Part shown: positions 1 to 13,710 of the stretch, piece by piece
Position numbering within the stretch: position 1 is the stretch's first letter
How the letters are laid out: each line of letters opens with the position of its first letter
NCBI RefSeq assembly: GCF_036321535.1
Contig: NC_087437.1
Coordinates: 52,268,001 to 52,332,000 of the forward strand
Direction of reading: 5' to 3'
Origin: Camelus dromedarius
Taxonomy: Eukaryota
DNA: 64,000 nucleotides
The notes under the pieces: generated by a model
What the model was told of the DNA's origin: nothing
The model's input: the letters and a program-made list of their open reading frames with translations, nothing else
The model's database searches: none
Translations under genes and position numbers: made by a program

Positions 1-1630
1 AATAAAAAGACAGCTCAATTTAAAATTAGGCAGAGGATCTGATAAACACTGCTCCAAAGAAGATATACAAATGGCCAATAAGCATATGAAGAGATGCCTA
101 ACATCATTAGTCATTATGGAAATGCAGACTGAAATCACAATGAGCTATCACTTCACACCCACTAGGATAGCTATAATTAATAAGACAAACAATAACAAGT
201 TCTGGTGAGGATGTGGAGAAATTGGTACCCTGATTCATTGCTGGCAAATTGTAAAATGGTGCTGGTGCTGTAGAAAATGAGTTGGAAGTCCCTCGAAATG
301 TTAAACATGGAGTTACCATATGATCCATCAATTCCACTCCTGGGTATGTAGGTAGATAGGTAGGTGTATATATAACCTAAGAGAAATGAAGACATATCTC
401 CACACAAAACTTGTACAGAAGTGTTCATAGCAGCATTATTCAAAGTAGCCAAAAAGTGGAAGCAAGCCAAATAGCCAACAACATGGAGAACCAAAAGGTG
501 GTACATCCCTACAGTAGAATATTATTCAGCCATAAAAAGAGATGATACCTCCTACAACATGGATGAGCCTTTGCTAAGTTAAAGAAGTTGGACATAAAAG
601 GTTACATGTTATGTGATTCCATTTATATGAAAGGACTGGAATAGGAAAATCCACAGGGACAGAAAATAGATTTGTGGTTACCAGGAGCTGGGAGGAAGGG
701 CAATGAGGAATGACTGATAATGGACACAGGTTTGTTTTTAGAGTGATGAAAATGTTCTAAAACTGACTGTGGCAATGGTTGCACAACTTTATGATCTAGA
801 AACCACTGAAGTGTACTGTTTTGCTTTTTTTCGTTGACAATGTTACTATGTATTTTAAAAATGTTTTAATAGTGGTAAAATTCATAAACATAAATTTACC
901 ACCATAATCATTTTTAAGTGCACAGTTCAGTGGTATTAAATACATTCACAAAGTTGTGCTACCACAGAACCACCCATCTACTTTCACTCCCCCCCCTCCC
1001 CCCCCCCCCCCACCCCTCTATCCCCCCCTTGCCCACAACCCCCCTGAAACCTTTGTCCCCCCCCCCAAAACTGAAACTTTGTACCCTTTCAATAACACCC
1101 CATTCCTCCATCCCCACAGCCCCCAGCAAACCATTCTACTTTCTGCCTCTATGATTTTGACTACTCTAGGTACCTAGTGTAAGTGGAATCATATAGTATT
1201 TGTTCTTTTGTGACTAGTTTATTTCACTTGGCAGAACATCCTCCAGGTTTATCCATGTTGTAGCATGTGTCAGAATTTCCTACCTTTTTAAGCCTGAATA
1301 ATATCCCTTTGAATATACATATGTTCCACATTTTGTTTATCCATTCATCTGTCAATGGACATTTGTGTTGCTTCCACCATTATTCCACTATTGTGAATAA
1401 TGCTGCTATGGATATGACTACAAATATTTGTTGGAGTCCCTGCCTTCAATTATTTTGGATATACACCTAGAAGTGGAATTGCTGAATCATAATATGTAAT
1501 TCTACTTTTAATTTTTGGAGGAATTACCATACTGTTCTTCATAGCAGCTGCAGTATTTTATGTTGAATTGTGCTCTTTAAGTGGGTGAATTTTATGACAT
1601 GGGTTTCATCTCAATGAAACTGCCATTCAC
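1..1630 (+). mobile_element. Old L1 (L1MB-like) ORF2 end and 3' UTR, interrupted by an opposite-strand L1
   Basis: L1 ORF2 C-terminal/3'UTR motifs over 1-820, resuming ~1563-1630; near-duplicate tgaagtgtactgttt / tgaattgtgctcttt flanks the insert. Confidence 0.8.
825..1562 (-). mobile_element. Old L1 (L1MA/MB-like) 3' end, nested
   Basis: Typical antisense L1 3' UTR (ttaagtgcacagttcagtggtatt..., tttatccattcatctgtcaatggacat, gtggaattgctgaatca). Confidence 0.8.
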
Positions 1631-1944
1631 AAACGTGAGTAGTACCAACCCTCACGAAGGTTATAATCTAGAGGTGTGAGGAAGAAAAGTTCACAAATAT
1701 CCACCTTACAAGGTAAACTAAATGATGAGAGAAGTTCAAATTTCTTTGGTGACTCGAAGGAAAGATTATTTTTGGCTGGCTGAATCAAGAAAAGCTTCAA
1801 GATAAAGATTATTTCAAGACATATTTGAATATTGAAATAGGTGAAATTGGAGAAGTTGAACCACCCAGGCAGGGGAAGGGAAAAGAAAAGTGAGTAATAG
1901 TTTAAGCAAAGGCAAGAAGAATGGAAAATGTAGACAAATTACTC

Positions 1945-2190
1945 GATGGCAAAACGTTGTTGTTTCTTCCCCATACCATTTCATTTTTCTCCTGGCACAT
2001 AGAAGCCTGTACTTTCCAGACCCATTGTATCCTGGTAGGGCCTGTAACTAATTCTGATCAATGAAATGGGGGAAGAAGGGAGGTGTGGGATTACGATTGG
2101 CCCCTGAAATCTCCCACAAGATCCTTCATTACCACCTGTATACAGAGGGTGCAGAGAACAAACAACTCTGAGGCCTTGGAGGAGACCCTA
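1945..2190 (+). mobile_element. Degraded MaLR LTR (MLT1J-like) fragment
   Basis: ctttccagacccattg...aactaattctgatcaatgaaatgggggaagaag motif typical of old MLT1. Confidence 0.4.
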
Positions 2191-2296
2191 GAGCAGGTGT
2201 TGGCGAACTGTAGCCTGCAGGTCGAATCCAGTTTTGTGAAAGCCATGTATACATTACTCTTGTATACTTGACACTGACAAGCTTTGGGGATTGTTT

Positions 2297-2484
2297 TTTA
2301 ATTGAAGTATAGTTGATTTACAATATTATATTAGTTTTAGGTGTACAACATAGTGATTCAGAATGTTTTTAGATTATACTCCACTTAAAGTTATTATAAA
2401 ATGTTGGCTACATTCCCTGTGCTGTGCAGTATTTCCTTGTAGTTTATTCATTTTATACATAGTAGTTTGTATGTCTTAGTCCCC
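2297..2484 (-). mobile_element. Short 5'-truncated cetartiodactyl L1 3' end
   Basis: attgaagtatagttgatttacaat...ttccctgtgctgtgcagt; flanked by tggggatt(a)gtttt direct repeat. Confidence 0.8.
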
Positions 2485-3559
2485 AGTGGGGATTAGTTTT
2501 GAATATAGAATGTTATCAGTCATCAGAACTCATCCATTTAGTTTCTCTGGAATATATTTAATTTTTAACTTGTATTAGATTATGTAATATAATATAATAA
2601 ATGTATTAAATTATTTAAAACATTTAGTTTTCCAAATTTACTAAGCATCTGAGTTTTACTCAGTAACAAAAATGCTGAATAGCTCTCACTGCTGTAGCAA
2701 AATTTAGCCTGGGTAAATAGGAGGTCGAGTGGGGGGTTCAAAATCCCGGCCTCCTAGCTTTCAGTCCCAAGCTTCATATAAAACTTCTAACATGTAGAGA
2801 TTACAATCTCACAGGGACAATCAGGACTAATGGGAAGTTACGTGGAAGTGCTTTGTAAAGTGTAATGTGATGTAGGTGATATCTCAGAACTGAAAACAGC
2901 AGGGAAGGAAAGTCCCCTGGTGAAGGTGGAGTCTGGCCCCTAGCACTCACCTCGCAGAGCAGGACTCTGTAGGACCTCTGGGGCCCCAAACAACTCGTAA
3001 TCCAAACCACAAAGTGGCCCAGATTAATGCTTTTTAGAAATGTCTTAGCTCTAATTTTAGATCTTCTTTAGTTCTATAAACTGATACTTTTCATTTAATC
3101 ACTGAAACAAAATATACATGAAAACACAGTATCTATTCCTTTCAAAAAGTTCTTAGCTACTAACTTCTCACAATCTTGTGGTCTCAAAGTTCTCAAGAAC
3201 AAAGGGCTGAAAGACCAAGCTTTGCACTATTAGTGATTATGTTTTCAAAGGTATATACTGTATTTATACTGAATTTAGTTTCCTAATTTTTCCTCACTAA
3301 ACACATACAGACAGGGTCAAGGAGTCCTGCTCCTGTACCAAATGACTGCCTTTAAGTACCATGGAATTCAGTCTGGTCAAGAATCTCCTTCTTCTTGACC
3401 TCAGAGAAGTTAAAAAAGAATAAGGGATGCCTTAACTACTGATCCTGCAGTGTTTGGTCAACTGCAGTCCTCTCCCCTTCTGACGGCCCTGAGAGCACTC
3501 CAGGTGGGAGAGCCTGGATGTGCAGTGGTGCCGCCCTGATCTGAGAAGCCTGGGTGTGG

Positions 3560-4390
3560 GCTCATGGAAGTGCCAAGTTGGCTCAGCAGGGTTGGGGTTT
3601 TGCAGGGGACTTAATGAAAAACAATGAATCACGGAATTTGAAGACACTGGCAAGAGAGTGACTGATGTGATGACTCTGGAAATGAAAACTGAATAAAGAA
3701 GAAAGTAAAGATAAGAGGAGCCAGTCAAGTAATGGATGTAGTCAGAATAGCTGAGAAAGGGACATGGAAAGATACAAGGTTGTGGTGGAAAAGTGAGATT
3801 TCACGTTTCAGAGGTGGAGAAATGTTCAGGGTAAAGACAAGACCGATGGTGAAGCCATAAGTGTGGGTCATGGAAGTGAACTGAGGTGAAGGTCACTGGA
3901 TCTGAGGAGGCAAAGAAACCCAGAAGCAACAGGGCTGGATGAATTATCTACACAGATGATGAAGACAGTCAGGATGGCAGTAAGATTTGGGCCGAAGTGG
4001 ATAACTGTGAGCTAGGTACTAAAAAGAGGGCAGATAAGGGGGTGCACTGACAGTAATGAGGAAGGATAAAGTGGTAACAGCAGATGGCAGGAGCACAGAG
4101 GGAAGTGTCCTGAAAGGAATAATGGTCTGAGAGGGGAGTTGGGAAGTGACACTGAGGTCCATGGAGGGTAGAAGCAACAGCGTTCTCTTGAGAGGGCTGC
4201 AGGAGAAGCCGGTGCACATGGTAAGCCAGGTTTCAGGCAGGAGACAGAGGAGGGAGCATCAGTGAAACACATGAGGCTGTAGGCGAGTTCCAGAGGACAC
4301 AGGGTGCCACAGGGGCCTGCTTCACAAAGATGAAGTGCAGAGCAGTGCGGGAATAAACATGAAGAAGGGGGAAAGGACCAAACTTTCTCA
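3560..4390 (-). mobile_element. Ancient L2 LINE fragment
   Basis: Purine-rich decayed sequence typical of antisense L2 ORF2. Confidence 0.5.
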
Positions 4391-4791
4391 TTTTATTTTT
4401 ATCCACATTGTCTTCTACATAGTTTAAATGCTTTTCAAACATTTTCCAGAACAATGTTGTGTATACTTAAAAAAAAAGCAGACCTCAAACTTTTAAACAT
4501 TCCATACCAGATACAAACCTGACGTCTTTAAAATTGTTGACAAACAAAATACTAATAAACTTGAAACTTTTACTATTATTTTGCATTAATTATTCTTGGC
4601 TTCAAGGAATATAGGGAAGAAGAAACAGGTAAGTACACAACTAGAAACAAATATTGTTGCTGAAAGAACATAAAAAGGGAACATTCTTGGTTCTTTGTCA
4701 CACTATTTATCTATGTTCTTTAAAAAGTCACAAGTGAACAGAGTCAGTGTCAGAAGGAGCACAGTGCATTTGTATTAAAGACACAATATTT

Positions 4792-4972
4792 GGTTAGGGG
4801 TGTGGGTATAGCTCAGTGGTAGAGAGTGTGCTTAGCATGTATGAAGTCCCGGGTATAATCCCCAGTACCTCAATTAAAAAAAAAATGAGATGACTTCATA
4901 CAACTCCCTGAAAATAAAATTTAAAAAACCTAGATGAAATAAACAATTTTAAAAAAGGAATGCATTTTAAAA
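4792..4972 (+). mobile_element. vic-1-type tRNA-derived camelid SINE with atypical tail
   Basis: Head ggtatagctcagtggtagag...aatccccagtacctc (A/B boxes); 15-bp TSD aaagacacaatattt (4777-4791) / aaagacacagtattt (4973-4987). Confidence 0.9.
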
Positions 4973-5711
4973 AAAGACACAGTATTTTTTTACCCAAACT
5001 TGACTGAGACGACAGACCAAGAAAGTGTAGAAAGGGCTTTTTCCCTCCAAGTAGGGTGGGTGCTAGAATGCTGGGTGAGGGTTAAGAAGGTCGATGCCTT
5101 TAGTAACCTATAGACCTCCTCCCCTAGGTGACTGTACACAAGCTGATACATATAACATTTTGCTTACCATTCATGGGGTTCAGAATCCACCCAACACTAT
5201 TCTTGGGCCAAGACTAAGAGAAAGTGAAGTTTAGGAAACTGGCCCAAAGAATGTAATCAGAGAGCTAGCTTCTGAGGGAAGAAGACCTTTTGTTTAGGGA
5301 AATTTCAGGAGGACAGAGTAGGGAAGCCACTATTTCAGGGTTCTGATGAATCTGAGGATAATTGTTTTGAACCAGGAGAAGTGAATGGATCCAAAGACTA
5401 GAAGGACAGAGCCTTCATTCCAAATCTGTATCTGTAGAAGTGACGAGCCATACCTTGAAATGTGGCACAAATAATCAGTATTGGGAAACCCAGGAGTGAG
5501 AGATGGGGAAGAGGTAGAAATGAGTTAAAAATGCCAAGTCTGGTATCAGACTGACCTAGCATCAGACTACTGGGGTTTAGCTCACTGTTGAGAAGGTTAG
5601 TGTCTCTATGCCTCACATGTAAAATAAAGACAGTTCATGAGCTGGGGTGAAAATTAAGTTAGCTAAAAGAAGAAATATGTTTAGCAAAAAGTGTGGCAAC
5701 TGGTGGCCCTA

Positions 5712-6134
<423 letters not shown>

Positions 6135-6985
6135 TCAGATCTTTGGAAATGTTACCTGTACCAAAGGAATATGTGTACATAATGATAACAATAACCTGTT
6201 GAAATTCAAAATACAAAATTAAATACTGTTTATCAAGGTATTTAATGTAACACTGATATCAAAATCTCTGACATCTTTGCAACTTAGTCCCAAAAGATAG
6301 AATTTAAGAGATTCAAAGCAATTTCAAGTTACTTAATTGAGGCATAAAAATTGTATTTTCCTTTTACTCCAAAGCCAAGCCACTATTATGATAGACTGAT
6401 TATATTAATCTGCCAGTGAGCTTAAGGAAAATAGTTCTGAGTTAATAATATTTTAGGTTCAAAATAATCTTAACTCCATTCTTAACAGTAATAAAAACTT
6501 AAAAATACCTAGAAAAGGAGACAGTGTAATACTGACACAAGAATAGACATACAAATCAATGGAAGAGAACTGAGAGTTCAGAAATAAATCTTTATATTTA
6601 TGGCCAATTAATTTTCAACACAAGTGCCAAAACAATTTAATAAGAGAAAGAAGATTTTTTTTAAACATATGGTGCTGAGGACAGTTGGATATCCACATGA
6701 AAAACAAAACAAAACAAAGAAACTTAGATCCTTACCTAGCACCATATATAAAAATTAACTCAAAATGGATCATAAATCTAAATTGGAAAGCTAAAATTAT
6801 AAAAATTTCTAGAAAAAAATAAGAAAAATCTTTATGATTTCTTTGGTTAGGCAAAGTATTCTTAGCACAATACATGAAAGACAAAAAGTTTTTAATTGGA
6901 CTTCATCAAAACTAAAGATTTTGTACTTAAAAGAATACCATTAATAAAATGAAATGATGAATCATAGACTGGGAGAAAATATTTG

Positions 6986-7570
6986 TGTGGCAGGCAGAAT
7001 AATGGCCTCCCCAAATATCTTCTTCCTGATCCCCAGAACCTATGAATATATTATCTTACGTGGCTAAGAGACTACAGATATGATTCAGGTTAAAGACCTT
7101 GAGATGTGTGGCTTGCTCTGTACTACCCAGGTCGGCCCAATCTAATTACGTGAATCCTTAAAACAGGAGAGCCTTTTCTGCGGTGAGAGAGATTTGATGA
7201 GGGAGAAGTCAGAGAGAGGTGCAACGTAGGAAAGACAGCACTCGTTGATGACAATGTGGCTTTGAAGATGGAGCAAGAGGGCCAAGAGCCAAGGAATGCA
7301 GTGACCTCTAGGCACTAGGAATGGCCCCCAGTTTACAACCAGCTTGGTCCTACAATACAGGTACTGAATTCTGCCAACCACCCAAGTGAGCAGTAAACGG
7401 ATTCTTCCTTAGAGACTCCAGAAAGGAGTGCAGCTGCTGACACCTGGATTCTACTCCAGTGAATCCTCTACCAGGTTTCTGACCTATAGATTGATAAGAT
7501 GGTACACTTATGTTATTTAAACTGCTAAGCTTGTGGTAATTTGTTATCAAAGCAATACAAAATGAACACA
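6986..7570 (+). mobile_element. MaLR solo LTR (MLT1D-like)
   Basis: TGTGGCAGGCAGAATAATGGCC start and ...ggtaatttgttatcaaagcaatacaaaatgaacaCA end; 5-bp TSD atttg (6981-6985 / 7963-7967). Confidence 0.85.
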
Positions 7571-7950
7571 GAAAAGGGCTTCAAGATGGTGGAATAGAAG
7601 GACAAGGAGCTCACCCTCTCTCACAAATACATCAAAAATATACCTGCATGTGGAACAATTCTCACAGAATACCTACTGAACTCTGGCAGAAGATCTTGTA
7701 CAAGTGGGACAACAAGAAAAATCATCACAAAACAGGGTAAACAACAAGGTCCTACTGTATAGCACAGGGAACTGTATCAATACCTTGTAATAGCCTATAA
7801 TGAAAAGGAATATGAAAAGGAATATATATGTATATGTATATAAATGAATCACTATGCTGTACACTAGAAATTAACACATTATAAATCAACTATACATCAG
7901 TTAAAAAAAAGAGTATCAGAAAGGACTAGAACCAAGTGGGAAAACTAAAT
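7571..7950 (+). mobile_element. L1 5'-UTR fragment with a short L1 3' end (~7735-7910) inside it
   Basis: cttcaagatggtggaatagaagg... (L1 start with YY1-type motif), then aacaacaaggtcctactgtatagcacagggaac...aaatcaactatac + poly(A). Confidence 0.7.
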
Positions 7951-8175
7951 AAAATAAATATAATTTGTAGATCAAATATCTAATGAAGTATTTGTACCCA
8001 GTATATAAAGACCTCTTGCAACTCAAGAAGGCAAAAAATCCAATTTTAAAGTGGGCAAAAACTTTATGGAATGTTTCACCAAAGAGGATACATGAATGGC
8101 TAATATGCATATGAAAAAATTATGATGTTAAACATCATTAGTCATGAGGGAAATGCAAATTAAAATCACAATGAA

Positions 8176-8641
8176 TGTGGTAGGTGGCTTCTAAGTAATG
8201 GGAGGTCATTTCTGAGATTAAATTACAGAAGGATTCTGGCTTCAGTCCTGCTCACCCTCTCTTGCTCTCTCACTTGCTTACTCTGACGAAAGCAAGCTGC
8301 CATGTGTGAGCTGTCCTTTGATAAAGCCCATGTGGCAAAGAACTGAAGGAGGGTTTCAGCCAATAGACAGTGAGGAACTGAGGCCCTCAGTTCAACAGAC
8401 CAAAAGGAACTGAATCCCACTAACAGCTACTTGAGTGAGCTTGGAAGCAGACTCTCCCTAGTTAAGCCTATAGCATCCCCAGCAGTACCTTGAAGGTAGT
8501 CTTATATGAAGCCCTAATCAGAGGACCTAGCTAACCACACCCAGCTTCCTGACCTATAGAAACTGTAAGATGATAATTGTTTGATTTTAAGCAGCTAAAT
8601 TTGGGGGGTAATTTGTTATGCAACTAAAGACAACTAACACA
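8176..8641 (+). mobile_element. MaLR solo LTR (MLT1F/E-like)
   Basis: TGTGG start; gaggaactgaggccctcag, ttcctgacctatagaaactgt; ends gtaatttgttatgcaac...aactaacaCA. Confidence 0.8.
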
Positions 8642-9282
8642 GACCCACTAGACTGACTATAATCAAAAAGACATAACACCAAATGTTGGTGATGATGTGG
8701 AGTAGCTGGGATCCTCATACAATGCTTGTAAGAATATAAAACAGTACATCCACTTTTAAAAAGTTTGGCAATTTCTTAAAAAGATAAACATAAACTTATC
8801 TTTCAACCCAACAGTTTCACTCCTAGGAATCTACTTAAGAGAAATGAAAACCTATATATGAATATTTATCACAGCATTATTCATAATAAATCAAAACTGG
8901 AAACAACCTGACTATCCATCAACTGATAAGTGGATAAAGTAAACTCAGCAATAAAAAGCATCAAACTACTGATACACTCTACAACATAGATGAACCTCAA
9001 AAATATTATGCAAACTGAAAGAAGCTAGATGCAAAAGATTACATATGGTGTAATGCCATTTATGGTAAATGGCCAGAAAAGGCAAATCTATAGAATCAGA
9101 AAGATCAATGTTTGCCTAGGGCTGGGGGTGGGAGTTGGGGAAGCTGCAAAAGGTCAGAGGGAACTTTTTGGGGTAGTGGACAAGTCCAAAAACTGATTTA
9201 TGGGGATGGCTGCACAACTCTAAAAGGTAAATTATGCCTCATTAAGGATGTTAAAAAAAACATAGCAATGAATTTATCATGA

Positions 9283-9942
9283 ATATGACCCAGGAATCCC
9301 ACTCCTGGGCATATATCCAGAAGGAACCCTACTTCAAAATGACACCTGCACCCCAATGTTCATAGCAGCACTATTTACAATAGCCAAGACATGGAAACAG
9401 CCTAAATGTCCATCAACAGATGACTGGATAAAGAAGATGTGGTATATTTATACAACGGAATACTATTCAGCCATAAAAACCGACAAAATAACGCCATTTG
9501 CAGCAACATGGATGTTCCTGGAGAATGCCATCCTAAGTGAAGTAAGCCAGAAAGAGAAAGAAAAATACCATATGAGATTACTCATATGTGGAATTAAAAA
9601 AAAAAAAGAACATAAATACAAAACAGAAACAGACTCATAGACATAGAATACAAACTTGTGGTTGCCAAGGGGGCAGGGGGTAGGAAGGGACAGACTGGGA
9701 TTTCAAAATTTATAGATACTGACAGGCATATATAGAATAGATAAACAAGATTATACTGCATAGCACAGGGAAATATATACAAGATCTTCCGGTAGCTCAC
9801 AGCGGAAAAAAAATGTGACAATGAATATATGTATGTTCATGTATAACTGAAAAATTGTGCTCTACACTGGAATTTGACACAACATTGTAAAATGACTATG
9901 ACTCAATTAAAAAAAATCCTAAAAACAAACAAACAAACAAAA
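9283..9942 (+). mobile_element. Young camelid L1, 5'-truncated (ORF2 C-terminus, 3' UTR, A-rich tail)
   Basis: ORF 9356..9640 MFIAALFTIAKTWKQPKCPS...WIKKMWYIYT.EYYSAIK is the L1 ORF2p C-terminus; closely matches the reverse complement of 62548-63170. Confidence 0.95.
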
Positions 9943-12900
9943 TAGAAAGGTAAAAGACTTTTAAGGTCTATATAACATTTTATTGAGGAATGTAAAATAG
10001 CACCTTAATAAAGAGTGACCCTATATCCCTGGATATAAATATTTAATAGCATAAAATAAATATTTTCCATATATTATATGTGAATTTCTAACCAGAATCC
10101 TTGTGGTCCTATATTTTAAAGTTTGTATATAAGAATGTTTAACAAATTACATGATCAAAACTATTTTCTAAAGTAGTATTCCAGAAATTAATTTCTAAAA
10201 AGTATGACCATTTCTTCAAAAATAAAGCACTATATCAAAAATGTTAACACCTAAGTTAATTAGAAAACCTACCAGAGCTTATAAAGCAGTTTCACTATAA
10301 AAAGATAGATGAATGTGAGCCTGTCTGGCATAGGGATGTTACTGTATATACACAAGAGATTAAGTAAGGCATGGATGTAACCATGTGCACACGGAAGAAC
10401 TATATCTCTAAGGCACTGTATAATCTCAACTTTCTTTCTTTTAGCCTAGGAGGCAAGAATATTTCCTTAATGTTTGTTACTAAGTAGAATTGAAAAGAAT
10501 GGATTTTTAAAATTAATGCTTTCCCATATGATGTGAGAATAGGATTCAGGAAAGGAGGCAAGACGGTGATGAGCAGCATGTGGTCCCTGTTCACCCCACT
10601 ATTGTTGGAAAAACATGAATCTTATCCAACAGGCTACCAATTACTTGTTCAGTTATCCAATGAGTTATCCAATCCTCAATTTACAGGAAGGCAGACTCAG
10701 CAGAGAAGGATGGAGACCTTTCCAGGGTCTACAGCTGATTTAATTTCCTGGTGACCCAAAAGGAAGACAAGAGCACACAGTGGGGAGAAGAGGACAAGTG
10801 GGTGGGGGACCAAGTGGATGAGAAAGGGAGGCCGAGCTGTCAGTGTCGTGGCATCAGACAACAGGTGGCTGGTGCAATCTATGCTGGGGACAGGGCATAG
10901 ATGGGCTTGGGATAGCTTAGAGCTGGATCTCTGGCCTTGTGACACTACCACCATCCCCACCATGACAGGGGCTGATTCTCTATACCAATAGCGCTCATCA
11001 GAGTTATCTGAGAGTTTAAAAAGTTTGGATGTTCGTGCCACATTGTGGACTCAGTTAAGAATCTTTAGGGGTGGGGCCTGGGCATGACTACTTTTTAAAA
11101 AATTCAACAGTTGATCTTGAAGTATAGCCTTTGGGAGGTCCAAGAACACAGCATTATGTCAATCACTGTATCCAAGACAGCTGTAGCTTTTGGCAATTTT
11201 GCCCTGGGCAAGAGATTGAAAAGAGAAGAGAAAGAAAAAAAAAAAGGAGGAAGAAAAAGAAAAGAAATAAAGCTTAATGGTGTGCAGTAATTTTAGCCAA
11301 CTGTCATAACCCTAGTATCCTGGGGATACTCAGAACCTCTCAGACTGCAGATGGACATTTTGGGAGCCATGTATAGCACCAGTCCAGACCAGCCTAGGGC
11401 CAAGCTAAGCACATCCCCTGGAAAGTTTTTGATCAAGGCTTTGCCCTGATCAATTTCCTATCCTTTTTGTGCTGTGGCTGTAACTGAGGGATGCTATTAT
11501 CTTACAACTTCATTTTATTACTACAAAATACATTCAGAATTTCCCCTTTGGGTCTACAGGTATGGTGTTTTCAACATCTATTTCTTATATACTTGGTAGT
11601 TTTAGAGTCTTGGTTTTAAAGTCACTCAGTTGTACCTACGTAACAAGAGAGGCAAGTGTGGGCAGGTCAGCACCAGCATTAGCTGCCCAGGAAAATTGGA
11701 AAAAGAACTAATTAATGATTCAAATATGCTCATAATTGAATTTTTTCCCTGACCCATTCACATAATTTTCTTAATCTTTTGAAGTTTTCTAAGGCAAAAG
11801 AATATTCAAGTTTTAATTAAAAAAATAAGTGAATCACATGTCCAAAGGAAGAAAAGCAGGTGATTATTTTCCCTCTTCCCTTTCTGGTAAACTGATACGA
11901 ATAGATTTTCCCTGCCTAGGATAAAAAGAGACACAATGTGCAGTTTACAGAAATTGTTTCCTAAGACCTAAAGGACTCTTTCTTCTCTAACTCTGGTAAA
12001 TGGTAAGCTCTGTCTGTTACAGACACTCTGCAAAGGACAGACAGAATAACTGCACTTTCCCAGGCTTGAGGGGGTCCCCAAAGAACCTGGGTATATGAAA
12101 AGGAAGGCCAATTTAGACATGTGCTTAGGCCTCCTAGGTAAGGCAGTGTCACTCTGTTCTTGTGAAACATGTTTATATAAATGTTCACAGAGAGTAAAAA
12201 TAAATTACAAAGAGCAAAAGATAAAATGAAGAGAAAGACAGATGAAACCACTGAGATTTTTTTTTTAAGCCACAAAATCCAAATGAACAAACAGATCAAG
12301 GTCTTTGGGCAGAACAAGAGTTGCTAAAAATGGCTAACATAGCCCAGTGCAGTCACAGTAACAGGACCAGGGTTCATTATAGGGACAGAAACAGAGTACT
12401 GGGTTCCTGAGTTGAGGCTCCCAGTTGAACGTCCCCAGTGCCCATCTTTGACTAACAGAACACATTTTCAGCTTTATGCCAGAGTCATGCACGAGGGAAC
12501 AAGGAGTTCGTCCTCAGTTTGGGAACAAGCAGGCTGCTGGCCAAATGCAAATAAATAGCATTTTACAGGACCCTCCCCTCCCCAGTTTAGCCAAAGCAAT
12601 CTGGTTTGGCCAAGTAACTCTGAATTGCTCTGCTAAATCTATTGCACTGAGGTAGTCTGAAAAGCTTCATATAACAAGAGCATTAAGATGCATGAAGCTA
12701 ATTAACTTCCACAGTCAACTCTCTAGGATGTGTGTTAGGTTTGCAGAGAAATTTGCAGCTATTTCCCAAATCACATTTTTAGATATATATATGTTAACCT
12801 CCTACAATCCCCTCCCACCCCTAACTGGCTCCAAAACTGCTGATTGCAACACTGACCATTGAAAATTTCCTTCCTTCTCAACTTTCCTATTGGATGTGGA

Positions 12901-13278
12901 AACTAAAGAATGTTCTTAATCTTTTCCAATTTTAAAGTCAATATTTCAGCAGTGGGGGGGTAGTGATGGAGGTGGGAATAGGCTGAATTAATGGACTATT
13001 TTTACAAATGAAAAAGATAACTCAAAAATTTTATATGTATTTTTTAAATTGAGATATAATTCACATACTATAAAAATCACCATTTTAAAGTTTGTAATTC
13101 AGTAGTTGTTGGTACAATCACGAAGTGTGCAACCATACATGTATGTTTTTTAACCATGCCTTTCATAACTGATTTAGTAATATCTTTAAGACTATAGGTA
13201 GTGTTCACATGCGAGGTATAAAAAGTCAAAACTAGGAAAAGTTATCTCCATTCCTACCCTTCCTTGTTCCCTGTACAT

Positions 13279-13451
13279 CAGTGGTTCTCAAAGTGTGCTC
13301 CCCAGAATACAACATCAACACCACCTAGGAACTTGTTAGAATTGCAAATTGGGCCGCACCCCAGATGTACTGAATCAGAAACTAATGAATGGGGTCCCAC
13401 TATCTGTTTCAACAGAGCTTTGCGAGGCAGAGTTAAGTTTGAGAATCATTC
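13279..13451. mobile_element. MER5A-like hAT-Charlie MITE
   Basis: Terminal cagtggttctcaaa / tttgagaatcatt; internal gaacttgttagaattgcaaatt...actgaatcagaaact. Confidence 0.8.
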
Positions 13452-13499
13452 CTCTAGATCAAGATCATTGCACTAGCTTCACATAACTAGAGACTGGTA

Positions 13500-13710
13500 A
13501 ATGAACATATATTTAATATAATATATCTTAATGATATAAAATATACTTTATATTATATTTATATATTGAATATTTATATAAATATTTATTACCTATTTAT
13601 AAGTATCTATAATATTTATATATTATTTATTTATAATAAGTATCTATAATATTTATGTTGTACATCTATTTATAATATTTATTATAATACGTATACATTT
13701 TTATAACAGA
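13500..13710. repeat. AT-rich low-complexity tract with short internal duplication
   Basis: Very high A+T content; ataagtatctataatatttat occurs twice. Confidence 0.8.

Larger units (their letters stand above)
6500..9260 (+). mobile_element. Old L1 (L1MB/MC-like) ORF2 end and 3' UTR, split by LTR and L1 insertions
   Basis: L1 segments at ~6500-6985, 7963-8175 and 8642-9260 read co-linearly. Confidence 0.8.

Noticed and set aside
918..1177. Proline-rich ORFs
   Set aside because: Translation of a poly-C tract inside an L1 fragment
11429..11453. Short hairpin ttgatcaaggc-ttt-gccctgatcaa (similar 9-bp stem at ~3375-3400)
   Set aside because: Stems this short are expected by chance in 64 kb; no pre-miRNA-length structure
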